Below, in pieces: positions 1-8,416 of a stretch of DNA of 46,303 nt. The notes beneath the pieces were generated by a model that had not been told where the DNA came from, ran no database searches, and worked only from the letters and a program-made list of their open reading frames with translations. The position numbers and the translations under genes are program-made. This DNA comes from a virus (taxonomy: Duplodnaviria > Caudoviricetes), in the IMG/VR virus record IMGVR_UViG_3300044787_000016, positions 1 to 46,303 of that record; one strand, 5' to 3'. Numbering within the stretch: position 1 is the stretch's first letter; each line of letters begins with the position of its first letter.

Positions 1-447
1 CCGCTCCCAAGCATCCCCATCGAGTTGAACCGGAGCATCGAACATCCAATCCGCAGGGCGCCGCCAATGATGGTCTAGGAAGAACCGGCGGGCAGGGAAG
101 CCGCAACCCAGCATCCACTCTAGGATCTGAAGTTGGAGATCCTCACCGATTCGACTCCAATCCCAGATTTCTGGATTCCCGAACCATGGAAAACGGACGT
201 TGGGAACCGCAGGAATGTACCGTCGAACAAACTCTGCCCATGGCGAGTGCCATGTGTCCAAGGGCTTCGTCAGGACGTTGTAGTACCGGATTAGTTCGAC
301 TTCTGGCCGGGCGAGGGCGAGCGCCGATGGCCGGACCATATTCCCCTCAGATTGGGAGACGATGATTGCATCGACCTGAGGGAGTACCCACCCATTAGCG
401 ATTCGGTCGAAATCTGTATTCTCAAGGGATCGAAGGATCTTTGCCAT
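1..447 (-). CDS. 5' part of the putative glycoside hydrolase-like protein (duplicate of 44814-45557, truncated by window edge)
   Basis: Identical to 45111-45557. Confidence 0.8.
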   Translation of the reverse strand, partial: MAKILRSLENTDFDRIANGWVLPQVDAIIVSQSEGNMVRPSALALARPEVELIRYYNVLTKPLDTWHSPWAEFVRRYIPAVPNVRFPWFGNPEIWDWSRIGEDLQLQILEWMLGCGFPARRFFLDHHWRRPADWMFDAPVQLDGDAWER

Positions 448-824
448 TAGACGACGTAGAGAAGGCCACCACGCTTTAGGGCGTCCTTGATAAGGGTAGT
501 ATCCTCAAGCTGGATCCCAATGCATCCCAAGGTTCCGGGGACATTTCCATCGGGGTGAATCCCAAGGCCCGTCCGGTCAGAATCGAACTCGGGGTGAAGG
601 GGCGCAAACCAAGCGTTTCCCTTAGGATCTACGAATCCCTTGTTAGATTCAACATTTGCGTCGATCGCCATAGCCGGACCGATTCGATAGGATCCCTTAG
701 GTGCAGCACCCTTTCCAAAGGGGCCACTCACGGCCTTGGCCTTAATTCCACCAGGCCCAAGTTCATAGAGCGTGTCGCCAGTGAATACAAAGACATCGAC
801 AGCGCCAGTCAGGGTTACGCGCAT
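447..824 (-). CDS. L,D-transpeptidase-like (YkuD/Tlde1-like) cell-wall enzyme
   Basis: GLGIHPDGNVPGTLGCIGI matches the His-x(n)-GC catalytic signature, with an upstream PKGSY motif. Confidence 0.7.
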   Translation of the reverse strand: MRVTLTGAVDVFVFTGDTLYELGPGGIKAKAVSGPFGKGAAPKGSYRIGPAMAIDANVESNKGFVDPKGNAWFAPLHPEFDSDRTGLGIHPDGNVPGTLGCIGIQLEDTTLIKDALKRGGLLYVV

Positions 825-1816
825 GGAGTTCCTCCTTCAGGATTCGCAAGCTTTTCAATGCAATCAATCGTGGCGTTAGGGATAACCATATCAGGATGGC
901 CCCCCTCGGTCAGCACAGTATCCAATACCCGGGCAAATTGAGATATGAGCAAACGCTCCTTATACCATTCGGCAAAACCTTGAGCAGCGCCTCGGGCAAC
1001 CTTGGTCTTTGCCCAGGTCCACAGGGCTTCCTTAATCTCTACTTCACATTCGGTTAGTACATCTTCCTTGACGATACCAAGGAGTGGGCCGATATCCTGC
1101 GGAGCGTTCTCCAGCCGGCCCTCATCCCGGAGCCTCTGAACCGCCTTTTCCCACCGAGCAGGCGTGCAAAAGAGCGCCCCGATATTTTCAACAACGGCAG
1201 TCTGGGATGGGTTCCGCTCCTTCCAATCCTTCGAGTGCTTCTCCTTGAACGCTGGGGAGACGTGCTTGCCCATCAGGGCCTTGCCATCCTCCCCAAACTT
1301 CCCATAGTTCTTAATTACGACCCCCTCGATCTTGACCCCACCCAAGACGCTCTGTCGAGTAAGGATGGCATCAAGCTCCTCAAGGGTGACTGAATCGAAG
1401 GTGCCAATCTCGGGGACGCACTCCAGGTCCAGGCGCTTGGCCTCATCCCGAAGGTTCATGTAGATCTCATGGAGCGAGACCACATCAAAGAGAATGATGT
1501 TCCCCTTAGGGACACGCTCGTAAACCAGGGTGTTATGCTTCGGCTTCGAGAGGTACTCGCCTCGGTACACCACCCCCGGGATGAGCCTATCAGCTACTTG
1601 GAGAACCGTGTCAACAGCCGCCGCAAACATTCCTGGAGCCGCGATGTTAACAACCGCACTCTTGGAGCGGCAATGGATCTGGCCTGTCGCATCCCGCATA
1701 AAAGAGAATTGAGAGCCATCGACCTTCTCTTGGATAGTAACAGGGCCAGAGAATAGATCCTTGATCTGAGGGTGTCCCAGGTTAAAAATCTTCGGATATG
1801 ATGGAATTGTGTTCAT
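815..1816 (-). CDS. ATP-dependent RNA ligase, Rnl2-like
   Basis: N-terminal SYPKI, motif I EKVDGSQFS, motif III YRGE, IIIa LFDV, IV EGVVIK, V GKHVS. Start set at MNTIP (1816). Confidence 0.85.
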   Translation of the reverse strand: MNTIPSYPKIFNLGHPQIKDLFSGPVTIQEKVDGSQFSFMRDATGQIHCRSKSAVVNIAAPGMFAAAVDTVLQVADRLIPGVVYRGEYLSKPKHNTLVYERVPKGNIILFDVVSLHEIYMNLRDEAKRLDLECVPEIGTFDSVTLEELDAILTRQSVLGGVKIEGVVIKNYGKFGEDGKALMGKHVSPAFKEKHSKDWKERNPSQTAVVENIGALFCTPARWEKAVQRLRDEGRLENAPQDIGPLLGIVKEDVLTECEVEIKEALWTWAKTKVARGAAQGFAEWYKERLLISQFARVLDTVLTEGGHPDMVIPNATIDCIEKLANPEGGTPCA

Positions 1817-2129
1817 GGCTTTCCCAGGTTTTAATTCGGTGGCAGTTAGCACATCGAACTACACACTTATCAATCTCAATTAGTAGTTGCGCTTTAGATT
1901 TTTGCATTTTCTGAGAAATGCTAAACCTTTTTTCAGTTGGATCTTTGTGGTCAAAATCCAAAGCGATGTGGTGTGCATTATACCCACAATCAACACAACC
2001 ACGTTCAATCTTAATTTTTCTAACAAACTCTTGGTGCCGGCGTATGCGTGCCAAAGCAGCTTTTGTGCGATATGCACGCCCCGCATCAGTCTTAAGCCAG
2101 ACTTTTCGTTGCTCTTTTGTCCAGGGCAA
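1782..2129 (-). CDS. HNH endonuclease
   Basis: CVDCG...LDFDHKDP...KCVVRCANCHRIKT. AT-rich relative to flanks. Probable TTG start at 2129. Confidence 0.85.
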   Translation of the reverse strand: MPWTKEQRKVWLKTDAGRAYRTKAALARIRRHQEFVRKIKIERGCVDCGYNAHHIALDFDHKDPTEKRFSISQKMQKSKAQLLIEIDKCVVRCANCHRIKTWESHEHNSIISEDF

Positions 2130-2431
2130 AATTCCGTCTTTACTCCAGGTGCGTTGTATCCTGGGACCCACATGATATCAGATGGGGAATCCCACTTATG
2201 CGATGGAACCGGGTTAGGAAGAATAGGGCCTTCAATATGGATACCAATGTAAGCAAGCTTTTCGCGGACTTCCTTCGAGCAGTATGCTGCGACCTCATAG
2301 ATCGAAGAGTCATACATATTATTGTCTGAGGCGAACGGATTTCTCCGCAGGACCTCCACCGGAACGAAGGCGACAATCCGGGAAGGCTTGTACCAGCGGT
2401 CGCGAGCGTATAAAGGGACTAGGACTTGCAT
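1880..2431 (-). CDS. Hypothetical protein; C-terminal ~80 codons overlap the HNH in another frame
   Basis: ATG lies 1 nt after the polA stop. The first ~100 codons look like a normal gene. Confidence 0.55.
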   Translation of the reverse strand: MQVLVPLYARDRWYKPSRIVAFVPVEVLRRNPFASDNNMYDSSIYEVAAYCSKEVREKLAYIGIHIEGPILPNPVPSHKWDSPSDIMWVPGYNAPGVKTEFCPGQKSNEKSGLRLMRGVHIAQKLLWHAYAGTKSLLEKLRLNVVVLIVGIMHTTSLWILTTKIQLKKGLAFLRKCKNLKRNY

Positions 2432-2432
2432 A

Positions 2433-4829
2433 TTAGTTTAGAGTACCCCACGCAGCGCCAGGTTCTCCAATTTTCGAAGTAACCGGGACGCTAAACCCGG
2501 GGGTGATGGATGGCCACTCACGCTCCATGGTTGCCTTAACCTTCGCCACCACGCCCTCAATCTCGTCCTTATGGGCTTCAATCAGGACGGCATCGTGGAC
2601 GGGCGTGAGGAGCCAGGGGCCAACGTCCGGGAGGATCGCCCACAGCATATCTGCCACGGTCGATTGGGGGATAAACCCAATCATTGCGGGGGCGGCAGAG
2701 GAGTGGTAGAAGTAGCGCCGCCGACCAAACGGGTTCGTCGTGTAGCTCTTTGCGCGAGCTTCGGCGACCACACCGTTCCTCCACGCAGTCCACTTTGGGA
2801 AGAGAGAGAAGAGCCGTCGTTGCATAGCCTCACACTCAGCCACAGACACGTCAAAGCCAGCCATTGACAAAACGCGAGCCAGCTTCTTCGGACCCGCCCC
2901 GCGACCAGTACCATAATATACGTTCTTAGCCCGGGTACGATCAATCCCGAGGGCAGAACGTACCACTTCGTGGAGGTCCCCATTTATAGCTTCCATAAGG
3001 GCCTCATCCCCTGAGAGCGAGGCCTCGACGCGCGCCTCCGCGCTATTCCAGTCAACATACGCCATGCACCAATCAGGATAGGACGGGACGTAGATCATCC
3101 GCGCATCGTCCGATTGGTTCATGGTATTTGGATTTCGGCTTTGGACTCGGCCGGTCCCAGCGCCTTGCCCCTTTTGGGTGTAGGTCGCCCCAGCCTCATC
3201 CTTGTCCGAGGTTAGATACTGTGGATGGACCCGGCCATCGGGCCCCGCCTCGACGTTCGCGTAGGTAGCCAGGGACTTAGAACACTCCCGAATCTGCCGA
3301 AGGGCAGCCAAGCTTCTCCGCGCTTCCTCATGCCTGTCACATAGCGCAAAAGCGCGAGGATCCTCAAGGAGAGCCGTGATTGCCATGTCATCCGTCGTGA
3401 GGCGATCGTCCTTTCCATACTGCTTAGGCAGCTTAAGGTCTTCGTAGAGATAAGTCTTGATTTGCGTTGGAGATGCAGAGTTAATGTGCGGGGGCCAGTT
3501 TTGCATGGCCTGTCTGAGATTCTCCGTAAGAATCACGGTCCAGGTAGCAGCTTCCTCCACCCCGAGTTTGATCCCCCGCAGGGAGATATTCATCAGGACG
3601 GGGAGACCGCGCATCATGGTCTCAAACACTGGAAGCTGGCCACTCTTTTTGAGAAGGACATATTGCTTTTGGGCGAGTTCATAAGCTGCCCAAGCGTCCA
3701 TCCGGTTATACACGTCGGGGCGATCGAGGTCGAGGTGCTTCCACGGGCGGACGTCTAGGTGCATGGTCGCTGCCCTTTCCAACCCCTTCGGGAGGTCTGG
3801 ATTGAGAAGCTGGGCGCCCATCATGGTGTCGAAGACCTTAGCCTTTGGATCAAGGATCCCCAAGCGCGGCAAGTCAAACTGCGCGTTGTGGATGATTAGA
3901 GTAGCCTCAGGATCCTGGGCCATTTTCTGGAGGCGGACCTGAATGGTCTCCACACTATTCGGAGTCCCATAAGTATCCGCCCCATATTTCGATGAAGTCC
4001 CAATGCGCTCAACCACCCAATCATTAGGGGGCATTGGGGTTTCAATGTCTACCGCCGTGGCTTCGGGAAGGATGATCGCGGAGACCGGGATATCATCTGG
4101 TCCCTTAGGCTCGGACTCCTTTCGATAAAGGCGTCCAACCCGGAGGAGGTCAGCCTTCAGGGCTGGGATGGTCTTAAATTGCATCCGCATGATGCCCGCC
4201 GGATCGAGCACCGGGATAATCCATTTGACCTTGGGTGGGAGGACAGGGGAGATAGCCATGAGCTTCATGGCAAAGCGCGGGTCACCCTTAGTGTAAAGGA
4301 TACCCGCACCTTCACACTTCCTGCACTTAAAGTTGAGTAAAACATCACCACGCTCTCCATGAAGCAGTTTGGGAAGTACTCTCGCGCCGCCACACGCAGC
4401 ACACTTTTTTGTCGTCTTGTACTCCCCAATCTGGACGCGCACCTTGCGCCGGATAGGTACGCAATCCGCCGGGGTGAGACAATACCCCCGCATGTTCGTG
4501 ATGTTCGAGAGGCCGGTCACGCGCTTGAGGGCTACCCCTCCTACGAGAACCATGATCTCTGCATCTGATTGTCTCATCTCATCATCGAGACGATCCCATT
4601 CCTCCACGATTTGAGATTGGGTCGGAGCACCGGATGCGCCCAACGGAGGACTCTGGACCACATTCGTTACGCAGCAAAGGCTGCGACTCAGGCCGGCCTC
4701 TCGTGCAACGCTCCAGAAAATCCGACCCCTAGGACCTACAAAAGGAATACCTTGCTTGAGATCTTCCCGCGATGGGGCATCGCCGCAGACGAAGATGGGG
4801 AGAGTAGGGTCGCCTGATGCTTCGATCAT
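2433..4829 (-). CDS. polA: Family A DNA polymerase with N-terminal uracil-DNA-glycosylase-like domain and 3'-5' exonuclease
   Basis: UDG family-4-like VCGDAPSREDLKQGIPFVGPRG and TNVV. ExoI DIET, ExoII HNAQFD, ExoIII YNRMDA. TGRVQSRNPN, motif A DWNSAEAR, motif B RAKNVYYG, motif C VHDA. Confidence 0.92.
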   Translation of the reverse strand: MIEASGDPTLPIFVCGDAPSREDLKQGIPFVGPRGRIFWSVAREAGLSRSLCCVTNVVQSPPLGASGAPTQSQIVEEWDRLDDEMRQSDAEIMVLVGGVALKRVTGLSNITNMRGYCLTPADCVPIRRKVRVQIGEYKTTKKCAACGGARVLPKLLHGERGDVLLNFKCRKCEGAGILYTKGDPRFAMKLMAISPVLPPKVKWIIPVLDPAGIMRMQFKTIPALKADLLRVGRLYRKESEPKGPDDIPVSAIILPEATAVDIETPMPPNDWVVERIGTSSKYGADTYGTPNSVETIQVRLQKMAQDPEATLIIHNAQFDLPRLGILDPKAKVFDTMMGAQLLNPDLPKGLERAATMHLDVRPWKHLDLDRPDVYNRMDAWAAYELAQKQYVLLKKSGQLPVFETMMRGLPVLMNISLRGIKLGVEEAATWTVILTENLRQAMQNWPPHINSASPTQIKTYLYEDLKLPKQYGKDDRLTTDDMAITALLEDPRAFALCDRHEEARRSLAALRQIRECSKSLATYANVEAGPDGRVHPQYLTSDKDEAGATYTQKGQGAGTGRVQSRNPNTMNQSDDARMIYVPSYPDWCMAYVDWNSAEARVEASLSGDEALMEAINGDLHEVVRSALGIDRTRAKNVYYGTGRGAGPKKLARVLSMAGFDVSVAECEAMQRRLFSLFPKWTAWRNGVVAEARAKSYTTNPFGRRRYFYHSSAAPAMIGFIPQSTVADMLWAILPDVGPWLLTPVHDAVLIEAHKDEIEGVVAKVKATMEREWPSITPGFSVPVTSKIGEPGAAWGTLN

Positions 4830-5077
4830 GTCCGTACCTGGAATATACGCGGCATGGACTCGGGGAAAACGTAATCTGGATCATGTGCGCGAAGCGGCGA
4901 GCGCGCTGCCGAGAAACCTGCTGCTTCTACACAAGTCTCACATACAAAGAACTTCTTAATGCTTGGAGTGCGTAAATGCGTTTGTGCGTAGCCCCCCTCC
5001 ATTAAGGTAAGTTGGACAACATCAGTAGATAAAAGTACCTTATCGCACTTGTCACACAAGATTCTAGTCTGGATCAC
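4826..5077 (-). CDS. Small Zn-binding hypothetical protein
   Basis: CDKC...CETC; coupled to neighbours. Confidence 0.6.
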   Translation of the reverse strand: MIQTRILCDKCDKVLLSTDVVQLTLMEGGYAQTHLRTPSIKKFFVCETCVEAAGFSAARSPLRAHDPDYVFPESMPRIFQVRT

Positions 5078-5577
5078 TTAAGCCACCTTAAATGCTTCTC
5101 AGGGAGGATCTTAGTCCATTCCCGTCGAATGCGGATCAAGACTTCTTCGTCCGAGAAGCGCCCTGCCCCCCGGATCCCGTTGCACCCTTGGCAGAGCGGC
5201 CGGAGCTTCGCGTGCGGGGAGCCTTTTTCTTTGGGGTCGATGTGATCTGGTTGTAACCTTCTCCAGTGAGTGGCATCCCCGAAATACGGGAAGGGGCCGT
5301 TCGTCCGCTGGAGCGTTTTGAGGAAGCGGTTCGTGACCCCGCAGATGCCGCACGCTTGGAGGGGGTCTGCGATCCACTTAGCCAATTCACGAGCCTTTGG
5401 ATGATCCGCTCGGAAGCCATGCTTATTGATAAGCTGTTCGAACGCCGCGATCTCAGGGTCAAGTCTCTGCCTCTTTCTGTTTGTGCGCCCCCGGGTTCTG
5501 CATCTTTCACAAGTCTTAAAGTCACCCGCCTCATGCCTACACTGCCGGCCTTTCCCGTCCCGATTCGAGCATTGCAT
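5074..5577 (-). CDS. HNH endonuclease
   Basis: CGICG...DHIDP...LRPLCQGCNGIRG, with a Cys-rich N-terminus. Confidence 0.8.
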   Translation of the reverse strand: MQCSNRDGKGRQCRHEAGDFKTCERCRTRGRTNRKRQRLDPEIAAFEQLINKHGFRADHPKARELAKWIADPLQACGICGVTNRFLKTLQRTNGPFPYFGDATHWRRLQPDHIDPKEKGSPHAKLRPLCQGCNGIRGAGRFSDEEVLIRIRREWTKILPEKHLRWLK

Positions 5578-5923
5578 TGGGTGTCCTAAGGTGCTGTGGG
5601 GGCATATTATCTAAGGTCGATGGGAGAATCCCAGCTTGAATGCGAGCCCGCGTAGTAATCGCAGCGACCAGATTCCAGGCCGCCGCAACCAGGTGATCTT
5701 CATCCACTTGACCGGCCATGAAGCTAACCAGGTGGCGTAGGCCAGAATCGCAGTAAGTACCAAGATCCTGACCCTTCTCCCAATTGCGGTCCTCATACTT
5801 CCTTGCCCCCTGTTCGAAATGCTTGGCGAGGGCAAAAAGTGCCTCAGGGGGGAGGAGATCGAACCTCCCCTTCCCGTCACGAATGTCTCGTTGGGAACCT
5901 GTCTCGAACTTACGGACTTCCAC
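5537..5923 (-). CDS. dATP/dGTP diphosphohydrolase-like protein (DUF5664-type)
   Basis: FETGSQRD..GKGRFDLLP...GARKYEDRNWEKG...RHL...EDHLVAAAWN. GTG start at 5923 follows AAAGGAGG. Confidence 0.82.
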   Translation of the reverse strand: MEVRKFETGSQRDIRDGKGRFDLLPPEALFALAKHFEQGARKYEDRNWEKGQDLGTYCDSGLRHLVSFMAGQVDEDHLVAAAWNLVAAITTRARIQAGILPSTLDNMPPQHLRTPNAMLESGRERPAV

Positions 5924-5983
5924 CAGGCCTCCTTTGCGGCGGCGTATTTCAGCCGCCGCTTGGATCCACTTCAGATAACCCAA

Positions 5984-6220
5984 CTATTCACTGGTAACAT
6001 TGGTAGTCATCCCATGAAGGGCACACGCAAGGTTTGCAGCCATAACTGCATCCTGAATCTTGCGAAGAGCGATGGTTCGCTCAGGAGTTTCCGGGAGGAA
6101 GTCGAACACGAAAAGAGCCAAAGTCTTCGCGCGCTCCCGAATGCCTTCATAGAACAATGGTTGGTCGCCAGTCGGAGGATGATAGGTGAATGCGTGAATC
6201 ACATCGTCAAACGTCCTCAT
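5984..6220 (-). CDS. Acb2/Tad1-like helical hairpin protein (candidate immune-signal sponge)
   Basis: FTYHPP...IRERAK.LA...LPETPERTIALRKIQDAVMAANLACA resembles the FTYH..P.SRE.SLA.TKLEE..MWAN family. Confidence 0.65.
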   Translation of the reverse strand: MRTFDDVIHAFTYHPPTGDQPLFYEGIRERAKTLALFVFDFLPETPERTIALRKIQDAVMAANLACALHGMTTNVTSE

Positions 6221-6808
6221 CTAAACCTCCTGCGGAATGAATCCCACAACGTCAGTCTGCTTCCGATCCTGGCCCTTCGAGGTGCCCTGCTTGATCTTCG
6301 CATACACCTTCTGGCCCACGATCTGCTCGCGATAATCAAAAACAACAACTCGGGGGGTGAGGCCAAGGTCCGTCTCCATGCCGAGAGCCCCAAGGAACTC
6401 CTTCATCATGGCGTTGGACATTTGGGTCATAGCTGCCTGACCCTTCTGGAACCCGGTATTGTTCGTCTTCGCCCGCTTGAAGGCGCTCAGGTTATACCGC
6501 ATCCGGGCATAAACCCGCTTCCCAGGGTTTGGTGAAGGCTCACCATCAGCAACCTCAGACTCGGGGGCAACCTCAAGGGTAAGCTGAATCAGGAAAGTCG
6601 TGTCCCCCGGCGTCTCGGGGTTCTCAAGCCCCGGCTCCTTGAACTCGATCTCCTTCACCTGACAAAGCTCCGGCCACTGGACGCCCTGGAACTTCTTACC
6701 ATTGATCGTTCGCGCCGAGTCAGGCTCGATCAAGAGATTCGACCCGGCTTGCTCATATTCCTTACGCGAATCTTCGCCGAAAGCATAAGGATCATCGACA
6801 TCGTACAT
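6221..6808 (-). CDS. Putative single-stranded DNA-binding protein
   Basis: Directly downstream of the Sak4-like ATPase. Beta-rich OB-like pattern with an acidic terminus. Confidence 0.55.
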   Translation of the reverse strand: MYDVDDPYAFGEDSRKEYEQAGSNLLIEPDSARTINGKKFQGVQWPELCQVKEIEFKEPGLENPETPGDTTFLIQLTLEVAPESEVADGEPSPNPGKRVYARMRYNLSAFKRAKTNNTGFQKGQAAMTQMSNAMMKEFLGALGMETDLGLTPRVVVFDYREQIVGQKVYAKIKQGTSKGQDRKQTDVVGFIPQEV

Positions 6809-7611
6809 TATTTACCTCCAATGAGTTTTGCGTACTCACCCCAGAAATGCCTTGGATCCTCACCAAGGACCACATCAGGCAGGTTCACCCCCGGGTTCCG
6901 CACACCACAGATCCAAGGACCGTGGGGATTGGTATGGGCGATGAACTCAGTAACCTTCGGCTTGCCCGGCTCTCCCCGCTTCTTCGCCTCACAGCGAATC
7001 ACGGTATCGAACCGACCGGGAAGGGTTTTCGCAGTGGCCGACCCAACGGTTGCGGGACCACCAATACATTCTTGGGCGTTCTTCGGTTCCACCCAAAGTT
7101 CATGGGTCAAGATAATCAGGTGCTTGGGTTGCTCAAAGAGAAGTCCAAGCAGGTGCTCACACACCGAGTTCTGCGCTGCCCCATAGTCACCCATCGTAGG
7201 ATGGGCATGGAAGGATGCGGTTCCGGGCTTACCATAGGTAATCTGATCCTTGGCATAATTCCCTAACCGAGCATATGCAGCCAGGACATCTTCGGCAGTT
7301 GCCGTGAGAGTATCCCAGATAATAGTCCCCGCATCCTTCCAGTCATGGGTCGCAATCTCCACTGCCTCATGGAGTGGATCATACTTGCGGCCGACCTCCG
7401 GCTTGGGCTCTACCGGAATCAAGTGCGCACGGTCAGGGAGGAGGACCGATCGGAGGGAAGCTGCACCTGGGTCGGCCGCAACATAGACTGCCTTCTCGCC
7501 CCAGAACTCCCCCCATGGGAGGGCCGTAGCGAGTCGGGTCTTCGCACTCTTAGGCGAGCCATAGATAAGGATACGCTCAGGAGCCTTCTGCGCCCCATCA
7601 AGAATTCTCAA
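6808..7611 (-). CDS. AAA_24 / Sak4-like ssDNA-annealing ATPase
   Basis: ILIYGSPKSAKT (Walker A variant), IIWDTLT (Walker B), DYG, IILTHE. Confidence 0.8.
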   Translation of the reverse strand: MRILDGAQKAPERILIYGSPKSAKTRLATALPWGEFWGEKAVYVAADPGAASLRSVLLPDRAHLIPVEPKPEVGRKYDPLHEAVEIATHDWKDAGTIIWDTLTATAEDVLAAYARLGNYAKDQITYGKPGTASFHAHPTMGDYGAAQNSVCEHLLGLLFEQPKHLIILTHELWVEPKNAQECIGGPATVGSATAKTLPGRFDTVIRCEAKKRGEPGKPKVTEFIAHTNPHGPWICGVRNPGVNLPDVVLGEDPRHFWGEYAKLIGGK

Positions 7612-7997
7612 TTCGTCACCTTTTCGAAGTCAACACTCTCCGAGTAATACCCATTTGACGACCCAATCCATCGGAGAGTTACATACCCTTTGACTGTGGC
7701 AAACTTATAAAAGGTCCAAGTTTCTGAGTCGCCGTAGTCAGTTTTATGAGACTCTTGCTTACTCTCAACTTCCTCAGCCATAGTAATGGGGGATCCAATC
7801 AGGTCCGCAAACTCTCCAGTTACATCAGCAAGGTAGACATGCTCGCAGCAACTCTGATCGTGATAGAGCTTAAACTGCGTTCCATCCTCCAACGTGAAGA
7901 TAAGTTCCTCATCTTCCTTTTGCTCGATATTCGTTAGGGTCTTCCCCACGAGGTCGCTAACCCCATACGAGATCCACTTTCCATTTTCCCAACTCAT
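7608..7997 (-). CDS. Conserved phage protein (DUF7448-like)
   Basis: YHDQSCCEHV...SETWTFYKFATVKGYVTLRW.GSSNGYYSESV is a motif widespread in phages. Confidence 0.7.
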   Translation of the reverse strand: MSWENGKWISYGVSDLVGKTLTNIEQKEDEELIFTLEDGTQFKLYHDQSCCEHVYLADVTGEFADLIGSPITMAEEVESKQESHKTDYGDSETWTFYKFATVKGYVTLRWIGSSNGYYSESVDFEKVTN

Positions 7998-8000
7998 GAC

Positions 8001-8168
8001 TTAACTCCCTTCCCGCTCTACTGGCGACAACTTAGCCAGATAATAACGAGTTACACTTACAATACATCCGCCAGGCGTATTGCGGGTTGTTAACTCAGAA
8101 AATAACCCAAGTCCCAATGGTCGCAGCACGGTAGCTGCGCGCTCTACTAAACTTTCCCATTCAGTCAT
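8001..8168 (-). CDS. Hypothetical protein
   Basis: ATGA-coupled small ORF (MTEWES...). Confidence 0.5.
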   Translation of the reverse strand: MTEWESLVERAATVLRPLGLGLFSELTTRNTPGGCIVSVTRYYLAKLSPVEREGS

Positions 8169-8416
8169 TGGATATTCTTTCCACCACAGTATTCGCAGAC
8201 TCCTCCGACGAATCCCGGGGCACCGCACCCGACACACTGTCCAGGAGATCCTCCGCGCGGTAAGGTAAAGATACTTCCTGGATCACCAGCCCAGAAACTT
8301 CCCGGAGCCGGGAAGCATGACGCCGTAAGACCATACGTCGGACTAGCGGAAGCGAGAAGAGGATTTGCCGCAAGCGCTGCCTTGAGTTGCGCCGAATTGA
8401 CAAAGAGTTCATTCAC
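8165..8416 (-). CDS. Hypothetical protein with C-terminal Zn ribbon
   Basis: CVGCGAP...CEYCG. Confidence 0.6.
   Translation of the reverse strand: MNELFVNSAQLKAALAANPLLASASPTYGLTASCFPAPGSFWAGDPGSIFTLPRGGSPGQCVGCGAPGFVGGVCEYCGGKNIQ

Larger units (their letters stand above)
1..1262. repeat. Terminal direct repeat, left copy (genome circularity/terminal redundancy)
   Basis: Sequence from position 1 (ccgctcccaagcatccccat...) recurs at 45111. The first ~515 nt and the last ~110 nt are identical; the middle has SNPs and a 69-nt indel. Confidence 0.97.

Noticed and set aside
500-1150. Diversity-generating retroelement TR/VR pair suggested by the two divergent end copies
   Set aside because: Differences are not adenine-specific, are synonymous in the L,D-transpeptidase-like gene and include an indel. 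No reverse transcriptase is present.
1820-2140. Target-site duplication around the HNH (TEFCPGQK vs TELKPGKA)
   Set aside because: The downstream copy is the HNH's own conserved HRIKTW coding sequence, so the resemblance is probably coincidental.
4270-4450. Intein in the polymerase N-terminal insertion
   Set aside because: It has no C/S start with HN-C/S/T end or LAGLIDADG motifs. It is a short Zn-finger insert.
2433-5923. Z-genome (2-aminoadenine) pathway
   Set aside because: No PurZ (adenylosuccinate-synthetase-like) or HD-domain DatZ gene is recognisable. The diphosphohydrolase alone is insufficient.
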